In this document: piece by piece, positions 27,978 through 42,169 of the stretch | How positions within the stretch are numbered: the stretch's first letter is position 1 | Layout: the number at the start of each line of letters is the position of its first letter | Assembly: GCA_964016885.1 (NCBI GenBank) | Contig: OZ024740.1 | Location: 390,104,001 to 390,168,000 of the forward strand | Reading direction: 5' to 3' | Length of the DNA stretch: 64,000 bases | Source: Eledone cirrhosa | Lineage: Eukaryota | Program-made: the position numbers and the translations under genes | The notes under the pieces: model-generated | What the model was told of the DNA's origin: nothing | Seen by the model: the letters and a program-made list of their open reading frames with translations, nothing else | Database searches by the model: none

Positions 27978-29063
27978 ATCATCATCATCATCAACTTTTA
28001 ACGTCCGTGTTCCACACTTGCATGGGTTTGGACGTGGGTTTTCCCACTTGAGGCAAGAGTGATTATCTTGCTCGCATAGGACTATCTGGCGGGTTTTCTA
28101 CAGCTGGATGCCCTTCCTAACACCAACCACATTTACAGTGTGGGGCTGGGAGGTTTTTACCGTGTTGCCTACACGGCCACATTACAGCGTGAACTGTGTG
28201 TTTTTTGACGTGACACCTACACGATCTCATTTGTTTCGGCCTGGATGTTGTGGCACCAACATAACTTTAAATTGAAAGGGGCGGTGTGGATGGGGTGGGG
28301 GTGGTGGGACGGGGGTGTATTTTGTTAGAGATGCATACTGACTGTAGTAGGTTTTACTTTGTATTTAGGTAAGGCGGGTCTTCTCTATTACTGAGTACCG
28401 CCAAAGGTCTCGGTCCAGTGACATTGTCTTGGTGAGGTGTAAGTGTGTGAGGTCGGAATTTATCAGCTCGTCCCAGGTTTTTCTGGGTCTGCCTATTCCG
28501 TGGCTATCTTTATTGCTCTGCACTTGGTTATACAGCTATCGTCCTTCATGCGCATCACGTGACCATACCAACGTAGGCTTCTCTCGAGTAAACAACATCT
28601 GATCCCTCTTATTTCTAATTTTTTCCTTAGTTCGTTTATGCTTTGCCGTTCACGTATATTACTATTACACATCCAACGGAGTATGCAAGCTTCGTTTCTC
28701 TCTCGTCTGCGTATATCCTCTGCACACAATGCCCAGGTTTCACTGCCATGCAACATTGTTGTTCGTATGCAGGCATCATACAACCTGCCTTTCATTTTTA
28801 GGGAGAACCCTTTAGCGGCTAATAGTGGTATAAGCTCTCTGAACTTTTTCCATCCAGTTCTGACTCTAGCTACCGTACTTTCAGAGCACTCTCCCCCACT
28901 GCTGATTTTGTCACCCAGGTAACGGAAGCTGTCCACTATTTCTATAGAACCCTCTGCGCAGTTGAAAGAGCTAGTATTTTGTGGGCACTTGCTGCTACTT
29001 ATTGCACCAGAGCACCGGCCACATGTAAAATCTGTGTTCTTAGTTAGCTTACCTGTGATCCCA
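27978..29063 (-). mobile_element. RTE LINE subfamily A, 5'-truncated 3' fragment (more diverged)
   Basis: (CAT)n tail; homologous to 888-1960; truncated inside the PHD finger. Confidence 0.9.
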
Positions 29064-29229
29064 CATACAACACACAAGCAGGTAGTACATACATCTAGGA
29101 CCACATACAACACACAAGCAGGTAATACATACATCTAGGACCACATACAACACACAAGCAGGTAATACATACATCTAGGACCACATACAACACACAAGCA
29201 GGTAATACATACACCTAGGACCACATACA
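29061..29229. repeat. 40-bp tandem repeat, ~4.2 copies (CCACATACAACACACAAGCAGGTAATACATACATCTAGGA)
   Basis: Units start at 29061, 29101, 29141, 29181 and 29221. Confidence 0.93.
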
Positions 29230-29405
29230 TATATATATGTATATATATATATATATATATGTATGTATATATATATGTATGTATATATATATGTATGTAT
29301 ATATATATGTATGTATATATATATATATGTATGTATATATATATGTATGTATATATATATGTATGTATATATATATGTATGTATATATATATGTATATAT
29401 ATATG

Positions 29406-29436
<31 letters not shown>

Positions 29437-29661
29437 GTATGTATATATATATGTATATATATATATATGTATGTATATATATATGTATGTATATATATAT
29501 GTATGTATATATATATGTATGTATATATATATGTATGTATATATATATGTATGTATATATATATGTATGTATATATATATGTATATATATATATATATGT
29601 ATGTATATATATATGTATATATATATGTATATATATATATATGTGTATGTATATATATATG

Positions 29662-29692
<31 letters not shown>

Positions 29693-30003
29693 GTGTATGT
29701 ATATATATATGTATATATATATATGTGTATGTATATATATATGTATATATATATATTTGTATGTATATATATGTGTATGTATATATATGTATATATATAT
29801 GTATATGTATATATATGTATGTATGTATATATATATGTATGTATATATGTATATATATATGTATATATATGTATATATGTATATATATGTATATATATAT
29901 GTATATATATATATATATGTATATATATATGTATATATATATATATATGTATATATATGTATATATATATATATATGTATATATATATGTATATATATAT
30001 ATG

Positions 30004-30082
<79 letters not shown>

Positions 30083-30083
30083 G

Positions 30084-30130
<47 letters not shown>

Positions 30131-30312
30131 GTATATATATATATGTATATGTATATATATATATGTATATATATATATGTATATATATATATATGTATGT
30201 ATATATATATGTATGTATATGTATGTATGTATGTATGTATATGTATGTATGTATATATATATATATGTATGTATATGTGTATGTATGTATATGTATATAT
30301 ATATATGTATAT
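29230..30312. repeat. (TA)n/TATG microsatellite
   Basis: Direct reading. Confidence 0.97.
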
Positions 30313-30341
30313 GAATCATCACCGTTTATATATGTATATAT

Positions 30342-30625
30342 ATCATCACCGTTTTACGTCCGTTCTTCCACGCTAGCATGGGTTAGATGGATTGTCCTGT
30401 TATGGACAGTGTCTGGTCGGCTGACCATGCCTTGCTCATACGGGAACTGATTCTGGCTCGATTTCTACAGCTGGATGCACTTCCTAACACCAACCTCATT
30501 TGCAGTGAGTGGTGGGTGCTTCTTTACCGTGGCACCCCCTCCCACTTTGCAGTGGGAGGGGGTGGGGGCATATTGTCTATATACTTCAGCTTCGGCTTGT
30601 ATCATTGGGAAGTTGGGTCTTCTGT
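30342..30625 (-). mobile_element. RTE subfamily B 3' end fragment (diverged, internally deleted)
   Basis: Reverse complement resembles ~20650-20972 (CATGCTAGCGTGGAAGAACGGACGTAAAACGGTGATG). Confidence 0.85.
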
Positions 30626-31850
30626 ATTATATATATATATATACAAAGATTTACATATATACAAATTATATATATATATATAAGAAGCAAAAAAAATTTC
30701 AATGATACGAAAGATATCCTTGTGGAAGTTCAGGTCTACTCCAGGTTGGTATCCAGTTTTGGGGTGAAAATCCAATTAGACAATCCAACGAATTTTGAGG
30801 GGTCCACGTAAGCATTGATATATATATATGAATAAAAAATATGGGTGAAGACAGGAAAACGAACGAATAGACAGTAGTCCCGTCCCATCTCATCAATCGA
30901 CCGCTAGAGATATGTTGTTTCAGTGCTTTAAGTTCGATACAACTGGCTCTAGTGTATAAGAAACAGTTACAAATTGACAAAGGACAAGATGATAGTCTTA
31001 GCGACTATTTACAAATAAGACACAAGGGACTGCTATGTTATTTAACTTGCTAATGGCAAGTTAAATACCATAGCAGTGGAGAAAATGGAGTGTCTTTGTC
31101 ATGTCTCGCTGCTTGAAATAGCAGTCAAATTATCAAATTTTGTCACTGCTATCTTAGAAAATGATCACATTGAATAATGTAGTCTACTGCCTAAAATAAT
31201 TAAAAGAAAATGATGGCCATAGCTTGATTACTTTTAATTTTAGATCTGCCTGATCAAAGCTAAACACTATCACAACAGTTCTTAAATTGGACTCAGAATT
31301 TATACTTTTAAAAGTACATTTGTCATTGATATGAAAAAAAAAAAAATTGTAACGAGAATGGTTTTGTTTTTTATCGATAATCATAATTGCTTTTTATTTA
31401 TCTTTATCTTGCAAAACTTACACAATTAGAAGTTAATATGCTAAAGATGAGTTAAAATCTTTTTTTCTAATAAATCAAATGTATTTCTACTTGTAAATTC
31501 TTATTTCTTCAAATTGCTATTCATAATTGCAGCATGCAAAAGTAATTTTAGCCGTGTGTCAAGTTTTATTTTATTTTCTGCAACAAAGCTACTGTCACAA
31601 TTTTATTGTAAATGCAGTGTGATTGTGTTAGTGACCAGGCTGCAGAGTGTGCAATGAAAATGTTGACACCATGAAATAAATAAAAAGTGAATATAGATTA
31701 CTATTGTTTTTGTTTTTTTTTGTTTTTTTTTGAATGGCTAAAATTAATCTGCTACAGTGTAAATTGCTTCAGTTAGAACACAGTTTCAAATCTAGTCACT
31801 TGCCAAACATTCATAATGTCAGATTTAAAAAATGTTAAATTGTATTTTAA

Positions 31851-32041
31851 CCCTTTAGCATTTAAACCGGCTGTATCTGGTCATAATTCTCTCGCTTCTT
31901 TCTGTTTAAACTGGCCACTCATACTGATGTTAAGGTATTCTCAAAATAAATATCAAAATCTCATAGATTCAATATTATGTGAGGTAAAGCCTTTACATAA
32001 AAATATAGTAGTAAATATAGAGTAATGTAAATGCTAAAGGG
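31851..32041. mobile_element. piggyBac-type MITE
   Basis: TTAA|CCCTTTAGCATTTA ... TAAATGCTAAAGGG|TTAA: 14-bp TIRs, CCC/GGG ends and a TTAA target duplication. Confidence 0.8.
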
Positions 32042-32124
32042 TTAATCAATGAAATTAAATATTTAATCATTGAGTTCATGTAATTTCTAAAACTCTATTA
32101 TTTTTATTATTTTTTTTCTCACAG

Positions 32125-32426
32125 GTTTGTCACAAACTTCAGAAACTAATCATGCATATGTCAATGTCATGACTCGTGGTGACTTATCAAGCCTTCGGTG
32201 GATTGAGTCCTCTTTGAAGTATTTTAACACAAAACTGTTTCCAAATAAACAACTCTGTACAGTTTATTATGCCCCACTTAACTTCAGAGATATTATGCTG
32301 GCTTCTGGCAAATTGCCTCCAGATGCTATTCCTGGAAATATGGCTGATCAAGATTGCCTTTTGGGAATTGAATTTTCCGGAAAGAGCCCACAAGGCAAAA
32401 GAATCATGGGATTGTTGAATGCCAGA
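32125..32426 (+). CDS. FASN: Fatty acid synthase exon (start of enoyl reductase domain)
   Basis: ttttctcacag|G...AGA|gtaaac. RGDLSSLRW and YYAPLNFRDIMLASGKL match animal FAS ER. Confidence 0.92.
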
Positions 32427-32505
32427 GTAAACTATATTTTTATGTATTTTTATTTTAACTTTACCTAAATTCAATTTAACTGAACAAGATTTAACTCTTT
32501 ATTGA

Positions 32506-32506
32506 A

Positions 32507-32535
<29 letters not shown>
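32506..32535. repeat. (TG)n microsatellite
   Basis: Direct reading. Confidence 0.95.
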
Positions 32536-32537
<2 letters not shown>

Positions 32538-33939
32538 AATGATCCACATCTCTATCATTTAATGAGTGTAAGTAACGGCATTAAGTTTGCTTTCCAACCA
32601 CTTGGTTCTGGGTTTAATGCGGCAATGTTTCACCTTGAGCAAGTCTTCTACACTAGCTTATTGGATTTAATAGACAGAAACTCTGTGGAAACTCATGTGT
32701 GTATGTGTTGTTTGTTGTGGACGTTTCTGTTGTTTCTCTCTTTCTTTGAAGTATATTGGTGAAGATGTAAACAGCTGCAAACAAAGCTGATAACCCACTG
32801 CTTTTAAATTAATATGGTCTTTAACCCTTTTGATACCAACTCATACACAATCACTTTTGCTTCTATGAAACAGAAACTACTCATTTTAAAGAGTTCCTTC
32901 TTAAATTAGAACTTTCCAACATAATTTTATATAAAACATTTTGTTATCTTACAAATACCATCTTAATAAAATTATTTTAGTAAATATTTCAAAAAATTTT
33001 CAACAATTAAAATACAAAGTTTTCATTAAAAATATTGTAATGAAGGGGTTATTCTTGTCATTCTTGCTATCATAAATCTAGTGAACTAATGATTGGCTCA
33101 TGGGAACCTGTATTCAACAATGCTATTCTTCACAATTTAGGAAATAAAATAAGTACTGTTTCAACTTAGTAATGAGAGAAGTTTTACTCCCATGATAGCT
33201 CTGATCAAGTAGACCTATGACCAAAAACATTCTAGCCTTGACCACTCTGTCTTTTTGTATATCTAAAACTACATTCTCCAATATGTCCTTCCTTTTTTAT
33301 ATGATGATGGGATGTGATCTGGAGATTTGGTTGCTATTTCTTGCATGTCAAGCACCATATAGAGGCTATCTCTTTTCTAACTTTGTGTTATTTGTAGTGT
33401 TCAGCTTACTGTTTGTGTTCAGTATATATATATATATATATTTTTTTTTTTACTCTTTAAGGCACAGGCATAACTGTTAAAAAGTTTGCTTTGGAACCAT
33501 GTGGGTTTGGGTCATTTAGGCAAATGTCTTCTATAGTCCTGGGCTGATTGATGCCATGTGAATGAATTTCATTGCAAAACCTCATATTGTTTCTCCCATA
33601 AACTATACACCTTGCAGTGCAGCAGATTGACAAATATTAACATATATTCCATATCTTAAAAAGAAAATAAGGTACAAGTTGGCATCAAGAAAAGTATCCA
33701 AATTTAAAAAAGTTTGACTCCAACCAAACTCATGTCTGTGGATTTTCATGGTTTCATTTGCTCAAACATGTCTTGGGAAATTTAGTGCATACTTATTTCT
33801 TGGAAGTGTTTTATTAAGATAGGAATATATATTTTTTTCTTAATATTTCTCATTCAAGTTTTCTTCACTTAAGTTTGTTATATTGCTTGAGTATATCATT
33901 ATGAATATTAACCTTGTCTAATTATTTTATTCTTGGCAG

Positions 33940-34420
33940 GGGCTAGCCACTTCTGTTGATGCTGACAGAGATTTTTTGTGGGAAATTCCTAACTCATGGA
34001 CCCTTGAAGAGGCTGCAACTGTTCCTGTCGTTTATTCCACAGTGTATTATGCTCTAGTAGTTAGGGGCCAAATTAAAAAAGGTGACACAGTTCTCATTCA
34101 TTCTGGTAGTGGAGGTGTTGGCCAAGCTGCAATTTCTGTGGCACATTTCTATGAATGTGAAATTTATACAACTGTTGGATCTGAAGAAAAGAAGAAATAT
34201 TTGCAAGAGCGCTTTCCTTTCCTTAAAGATAAACACTTCAGTAATTCTCGAGATATATCCTTTGAGGTTGATATTCTGCAAGTGACCAATGGTAAAGGTG
34301 TTGATGTTGTTCTCAATTCTCTTGCTGATGAAAAACTCCATGCAAGTTTACGAGTATTGGCAAATCATGGCCGCTTTTTGGAGATTGGGAAAGTTGATTT
34401 GTCTAAGAACACACTGTTAG
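33940..34420 (+). CDS. FASN: Fatty acid synthase exon (ER, NADPH-binding)
   Basis: ggcag|GGGCTAGCC...TTAG|gtttgt. [37 protein letters not shown]. Confidence 0.95.
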
Positions 34421-35290
34421 GTTTGTTCAGTTTTTTCTATACTTTTTTTTTTACATCTGAAAAATGAAATTTATTCTTTAAACTTCCATTTAAAAAGATT
34501 TTTTTTTTATTCATGTCATTCTTTTTAAACATTTAAAAAGGATTAATTTGAAACTGATGCATTGAGTAATTGTGGTCAGTCATGCTTCAGTAGATTTGAA
34601 AATTTCCGCTAATATAATTACTAGAACCTGTGTCCTCATTCTCTTCTCTTGTTACAATAATTCTTGGTTCTCTGAACTAGTAAGCTGTGTATCAACATCC
34701 AAGTTTACATAATGCACCCACCTCTTCTCACAGCATTCCTGCTTTACGTCACTCTCTAAAAATCATTTAACTGTAATCTGTTAGTTCCTCTATATCCGCA
34801 TTTTCCCAAAAGACACCAAAAAAACATGTTTAAGCTAAATACACACCAGAGTGTATTGTTAGCTAATATTATACCTTTTAATTTTCTGATTTATGCTCCT
34901 ACATTTTTTTTTTTTTAGAAATTAAAGAAATGTATAGAACTCAAATTCTTACATTAATTGTAATGTAACTATTTATATTTTGATCAATATTTGCAATTAA
35001 ATTTAGCTATTATAGTAAAGTATTCATTAAAAAATTTGCTTCATGTATCAGCTATTTTATTTAATTCATCTAGTAGTATAGTGGCAAAGTTTGTAAATTG
35101 TCAGATTAAATATATTTTTATTTTTATATATTCTGTTGAAAAGTGAATTTTACCTTTTACTTTTGGGGATTGTAAAACTATTTCAGGCATGAACTGGGAT
35201 ACTTGAACCTATACTCATTCTCTACAAATATGTAGCTTTATGCCAATATAAGAAATCATTAAATCATTTGTTTTATTTATTTTTTTATAG

Positions 35291-35514
35291 GTATGTCAAT
35301 ATTTCTGAAAAATATTACCTTCCATGGAATCCTCTTGGATTCTTTATTTGAACCTGGAAACAAAGATTGGAAGAAGGTGTCTACCCTACTGGCAAAAGGA
35401 ATTAAATCTGGGGCTGTGAAGCCTTTGAAAACAACCGTCTTTGATAAAACTGATGTTGAAGCAGCTTTCCGATTTATGGCCCAAGGCAAACACATTGGCA
35501 AAGTTCTAATCAAA
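35291..35514 (+). CDS. FASN: Fatty acid synthase exon (end of ER)
   Basis: tttatag|GTATG...ATCAAA|gtaagt. [30 protein letters not shown]. Confidence 0.95.
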
Positions 35515-36694
35515 GTAAGTTTATCTTCATTGATTTAATCATCATAGGATGGATGGATTTACATTAGAGCATATTGCTGCACTGCTCTATTAGATCCTTG
35601 TATGTCTGAGTCATGACCCTCAAATCTAACCTTAGCTTTTCTACCTGTATCTTCTTTGGTCTTTGTCTGCCAAGGATATCTATTTTATCATAGGTATTTC
35701 TTTAAATTTGGACATTATGATGTTGGTGCAATATTTTTTTTTTTTTTTTTTTTTTGCAGTTGAATGTATTACTCAATTTCTGTTATTTTACTAGTTTCAA
35801 TCTTTGGACTCAAGTGTTTAGTCAATAATATTGACTCTAGTACTTCAGTTTTGTACTTATTTTATTAATGCACTTTCCTAACTAACCAATCTCAAAAGCC
35901 CCGAAAAGGGTTTTAAGCACTGCTTTTCCCTTCTGATTAAACAGTTATAAAAAATTTTTTTAATTCATTTAAAAAAATAACATTAGATGATCTGTTACCT
36001 AGTCCTGACAGCTAGGTTAACTAAGATATTAAGGGTACTCATGAAGAAAAAAATATATGCATTAGAAATGAATTCAAAATCTATGAACAGGTGGTCAAAT
36101 ATCTTATTCACTTGTTTTGTTGCTTCCTGTGTGTCATAGGCTTAGGTACGTGAAAAAAATATATCACTATTTCATTATAATGATATATTTCAATGTATTT
36201 ATCTAAATTTGGGAACCTATTCTATTTATTTTTAGATGAATTAATGTAGAACTTAAAATAAAAAAAATGCTGCTGCTGTTAAAATATCTTACTTATTAAT
36301 GTTCAATCATATTTTGTCTGCCAATGCATAATGGACTCTAAACTTCCTAGTTGCCCTCTGCATGCTAATGTCTTGGCTTCTTGCTAGCCACTTGTTCCAT
36401 GTTTCAGCATCATTTAACATCCATTTTGTTTTGTTCTTAAAATCTACTCATGCAATACTCAAAGCTCTGATTAATCAAACTTCATATTAATTACACTCGT
36501 CTTTAACTCCTTTCTTCTCTTCAAGAGGACTCTTATGTATCAGTGGAAAATTTTTCCCTATCTGACATGGGGGAAAAAGAATTATAAATGTATAGTGGTA
36601 ATAATAATTTAGCTATTTTCATACTTATTTAACTAATTTTAAAAAAGTACTGTTTTAAAATGATATTTACCAATGTATCTATATATCTTTTTAG

Positions 36695-37057
<363 letters not shown>

Positions 37058-37234
37058 TGAAACTTGTTTTATTAAATTTTGTTATACTGTTTTGAACTTT
37101 TTTTTTTACTTAGTATCATATGTAATATATAGAGCATTTTTGAGTATTAAATTAACTTTGTCTATTATTTTTTTTAATGTCCAAATATTGTGGATTACTG
37201 AAAGTCTAGAAGTTTCAGACTGATTTGAAAAAAA

Positions 37235-37899
37235 TCTAATCTATATATATAAAGCTGTGGTTGTCTGTCTGTCTATCGAATTTTGGTACACATCTCCTCT
37301 TAGAATCTCTGACGGAATTGCACCGAAATTGCTATACTTGTACATTGAGCCCTAGCGAAGACATCGGGAAAAAAATATTTCAAATTGACCCACCCTATGT
37401 GACGAAATCGAATCTAATGTATCGATTTTTGAGCGTAAGTGACGAGTTATTTCCCTTTGTTCTGTTTACATTGAGCGTCTTACGTTCTGTTTACATTTTC
37501 TGCGTGCAAAAATTAAAAAAATTACGCTGGCTTTCTCAGCGTTTAAAATGACATTAACACAATACACGAACAGTTGTCGAGCCAGCAAAATTTTGACCTG
37601 CAAAATTCATCAGTTCGAACACTAAGCTTCCGTTTTGCTTCATTTCCATTTAAAAGCCTTTTAAAACAATATTTTTACTTGAAAACAAGTCTATTTAAAG
37701 ACTACGTAAAACAAGCAAATATTTCGTAAAAAAAAGCAAAAATTATATAAGTTTATTTAAAATATATGTATCTGTAAATTTCGTTAGGCGTGCAGACAGA
37801 CAGTCGTGCAGACAGACTTTAAGCCAAAAAAGAAACTTAACATTGTAACTTTAACACAGCTACTGAGCGACCCCGAGCAACGCCGGGCTTTACTGCTAG
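37235..37899 (+). mobile_element. Non-autonomous Helitron
   Basis: 5' A|TC(TAATC)TATATATATAAAG with (TGTC)n near the 5' end; GC-rich 3' hairpin CCCGAGCAACGCCGGG ~9 nt before CTAG|T; no TSD. Confidence 0.8.
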
Positions 37900-38583
37900 T
37901 CCTTTATATAATTTGACGTATCTCTAAAGCCAATCTCAATCTTGTCCTTATCAAGCATGAAAATTGAGAGTTGTACCCTTAGGCAAGTGTCCTTGTTAAA
38001 TTTCCCCTAAAAAATTGAAATTAAGTCAGTCTGATAGTTTGTTGGTGTAATTAGACCTTGATGATGGCAGGATTACAATCTGTCTCATCTGGGGTGTTAG
38101 CAAGGATAAATTTTGAAGGAAGAGGTATCTCTTCCTGATATTCTTCTAGCTCAATGCAGCCAAATAGCATCCACTTGCTGCTTAAAGACCTGGGTTTGTT
38201 TGATATTCTATGAGGATAGAACTTTGTATTTGTAGTCGTTATTTTGCCTGGGCTCCAATGTTTTGGTACTCAGATTTAGTACAATTGTTGTATGTATAGT
38301 GCTCTTGTGTTCTCTTTTATAGAATACCTCAACTATACTTTACTTTGATGTTATAAATTGGTATATTGTAGTATGGCTGTTATAAAGATAAATATTTCAT
38401 TTCATTTAAAATCTTCCTTCGTGAAAAAGAGCAAATCTATTAAAAAGAGAGCTTTAAATAGGAAATAAAAACTTTCATTAATAGAATAGTTAACACTGAT
38501 GATGAATATTCTGTCCATTTTTGTAACTAAATTTAATTTTTTTTATATATAACATAAATATTGATATTAATATACATTGGTAG

Positions 38584-38868
<285 letters not shown>

Positions 38869-38973
38869 TGATAAATAATTTTCTTATCCAATAATTGTTA
38901 TTTTTAATATGTAATTAAGTCCCCTTACAAATCTAGTTTTATGAGTAATTAAACAAACATTCTATATTTCAAA

Positions 38974-39327
<354 letters not shown>

Positions 39328-39329
39328 TG

Positions 39330-39646
39330 ACAGTATTGGTAGAGGGTCAGACGTCATGCTTTCCAGCATAGTTACGTCCCTTTATGATCTGAGTTCAAAT
39401 TTCGCCGAGGTTAACTTTGCCTTTCATCCTTACAGGGTTGATAAAATAAAGTACCAGTGATGCACTGGGTAATTGCTGGCCTTGTGCCAAAAGTAGAAAC
39501 AATTATATATTATATGGAACTTTATGATCTGAATTCAAATCCTGCCGAGGTTAACTTTGCCTTTCATCCTTACAGGGTCGATAAATAAAGTACCAGTAAT
39601 ACACTGGGATAATTGCTGGCATTGTGCCAAAAGTAGAAACAATTAT
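39330..39646 (+). mobile_element. tRNA-derived SINE relic (Deu/Nin-like core) with tandemly duplicated 3' half
   Basis: B-box-like GAGTTCAAAT followed by GCCGAGGTTAACTTTGCCTTTCATCCTTACAGGGT(T/C)GATAAA...GTACCAG, present at ~39381-39506 and ~39520-39646. Confidence 0.65.
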
Positions 39647-39793
39647 ATTTGGGGAGCATCATGTCCTAATATTGCCAAAAATAGTAAAACACACTCACTA
39701 TTTGGTTTGGTTTTCGTTTCAGTATATTTTTATATTTTTATAAAAATTTATATCTTTTGTCAATATTAGGACAACATGACCCTCCCTAAATAT
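39645..39793. mobile_element. Small MITE-like imperfect inverted repeat
   Basis: ATATTTGGGGAG...GTCCTAATATTGCCAAAA versus TTTTGTCAATATTAGGAC...CTCCCTAAATAT. Confidence 0.55.
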
Positions 39794-42169
39794 GTTTCTA
39801 CACACAATTTGTTATCAAACCTGTGGTCCTAATGGGAAACTTATACCAAAACCTTAATACAGTCTGATATTGACTGCAGTTTTGCATGTCAAAATTATAC
39901 TTGTTTTATATAGCTGGTCCATTATTAGGAATGGTTTGGGGAGAAAATATATTCAGAAAATTATCTCATTAAAAATATTTGCTCATGTTAGCTTTTATTT
40001 TTCTCCTATTAAATCGTTCCTATTTCAATATAAGATTTGTCATATGCTATTACATGTTTATAGAATATTATCTTAGTCTTTTTCATACTAACCTGTCTAA
40101 AACCAGCTCTGGTTCTTAAGAAACAAAACCACTCATCTTCAATAAAGTGTTCCTATTTAAATTAGTTACTATCTTAAATTAGTTACTTAAATTAGTTACC
40201 ATGTCTTGACCAAACAAAATATAATATTTTCACCAAAAACTGCCCTTTAAACACATGTCAGATGGATTACAATATTCATTATTACAATTACTCTGACTGT
40301 TCCCTGACAACTAGTACCAGCTTCAACATAGAATTATTTTAACGAAGTATATTTAATTTGACTTGATTTTCGCCAACAAACCATGTGTGGACATGGACGG
40401 GTAAAAAGGGAAAAAAACAAACAAATCACTACATCCCTTAGGGATCGCAGTAAGTACTTCACAAAACATATAAACAATATACACACAGATTTATATACAG
40501 ATATATACCATATGCATATACACACATGTAAAAAGAAACACTATTTCGTGTGAGACACTATACCGGCCAATCTTACGTACATTGGTAAAATATCTCTGAA
40601 CATTGACTTCGCTTCTAACCCTCATACACCTTTTAATTATATATATATACTAGCAGCTGAAAGTTAATAATTTGAAAAATATTATTGAAAGTTTATTATA
40701 AAGAAGCAGTATCAGGGAAAAAAAAACGTTATTTCGCTGTTAATAAACAGTTGCCTTCTACAGTACGTTTCATTTAACTTACGCAGCATATTTATTTGTT
40801 TACATGCACAGACTCTTCTGTACGCACACACACACACACACACAACATTTAGGAAAACGGAAACAAAATACACAAAAAAAACAAAACAAAAAACAGACAT
40901 TTTATTTCTATCGTAATCAAGTGCGTTAAACCTATGTTTACATTGTGTTTTTCTACGGATGGGTAGAAATCACAAAATTGCCATGGTGATATCCATCGAT
41001 GAAGTATGCGACAAAACTGGTCGATGTTCCAAAATAGAACATTGCCCAGAAAACCACATCTGCCATATCTGTGCGGAACTCGTTCCGTAATCGCTGGGTC
41101 GAATGTGGAACCTGTCGCATCTCTGTCTGCTTTCAATGCGCCACAGGCTTCCAGAGGATCCCAGGCCAAAAAAAGACACATCATAATGCTATGATGGATG
41201 GAATCTGGAAGATGGTCCAGCTAAAATCATGGTCCTTTCAGTGCCTGGCCTGTGTGCCTGCCTCCACTAATGTTATTGAAAAACAACAATAACAACAAAA
41301 ACCAATGACTGTATCTTCCTCTACCATTGTTACTGAACAACGGCAAAAACGTATGACACTGGCTTCTACTGCTATTCCTGTGGGAGAACATCAGAAACAA
41401 CAACAACCCATGTCTTCCGCTCCCAGTACATCTCGACACCAACAACCTGCAACTGTGTCTTCCCCTACCATTCCCGTGGAGGAACAACAGCAACGGCAAC
41501 AACCACCGACCAGTACAGATTTTGCAGAATTGCAACTAATGATTTCTGCTTTAAGAAGGGAAGTAACAGGAATAAAGGCAAGCATTCGGGTAGGACCCCA
41601 CAATGAGGGGTCTTATCGGAATGCCTTGCCAAAGAATCTCCCTGTCCCTCTTGCCGTATCTGGCCACACTGAAAAGACTGCAGAATCTGCTACCCATGAA
41701 GTGATTGCCATTGGGGTACCAGAGGACAAGGCTGATCTTCAGGCATTTGCTGCCAGCTCAGCCAAAGACCTAGGCTGTGTTCCCCCAAAGGGTGCTCTCC
41801 GCCTTGGTCGACCTGGTCCAAAACCCAGACTCATCAGGCTGTCTTTTCGGACCCCGCTCAGGCAACCTCATACCATCTGGCCTCTGTTAAAGCTGGGCGT
41901 GAAAATCGGATTACCTTCCGAACACGCCCAGGCCTACCATCCCATGTACGTCCAAAGCTCCGTGCTGCAGCTTCCTTGAATCGGAACTCAGCACATGAAA
42001 GTTTTAGTCTGCGTGATGATGGACAGATCTGGAGGTTTGTCAAGGTTGGTGAAACGTGGAAGAGAGATACCAGCTGGTCTGAGTGTGCTCAACCCACAAT
42101 AACTGGCAATGTAAAAAACTGCTACAACTCTGGGAAACTAAACCAGAACAACCTGTCACCCTCTACACA

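Noticed and set aside
30840-30950. Possible degenerate hammerhead (TTGATGA and GAAA on the - strand)
   Set aside because: The core is mutated and the stems could not be paired convincingly.
32821-33052. Second piggyBac-like MITE (TTAACCCTTTT...AAGGGGTTA)
   Set aside because: The termini are too degenerate and the right TTAA is not intact.
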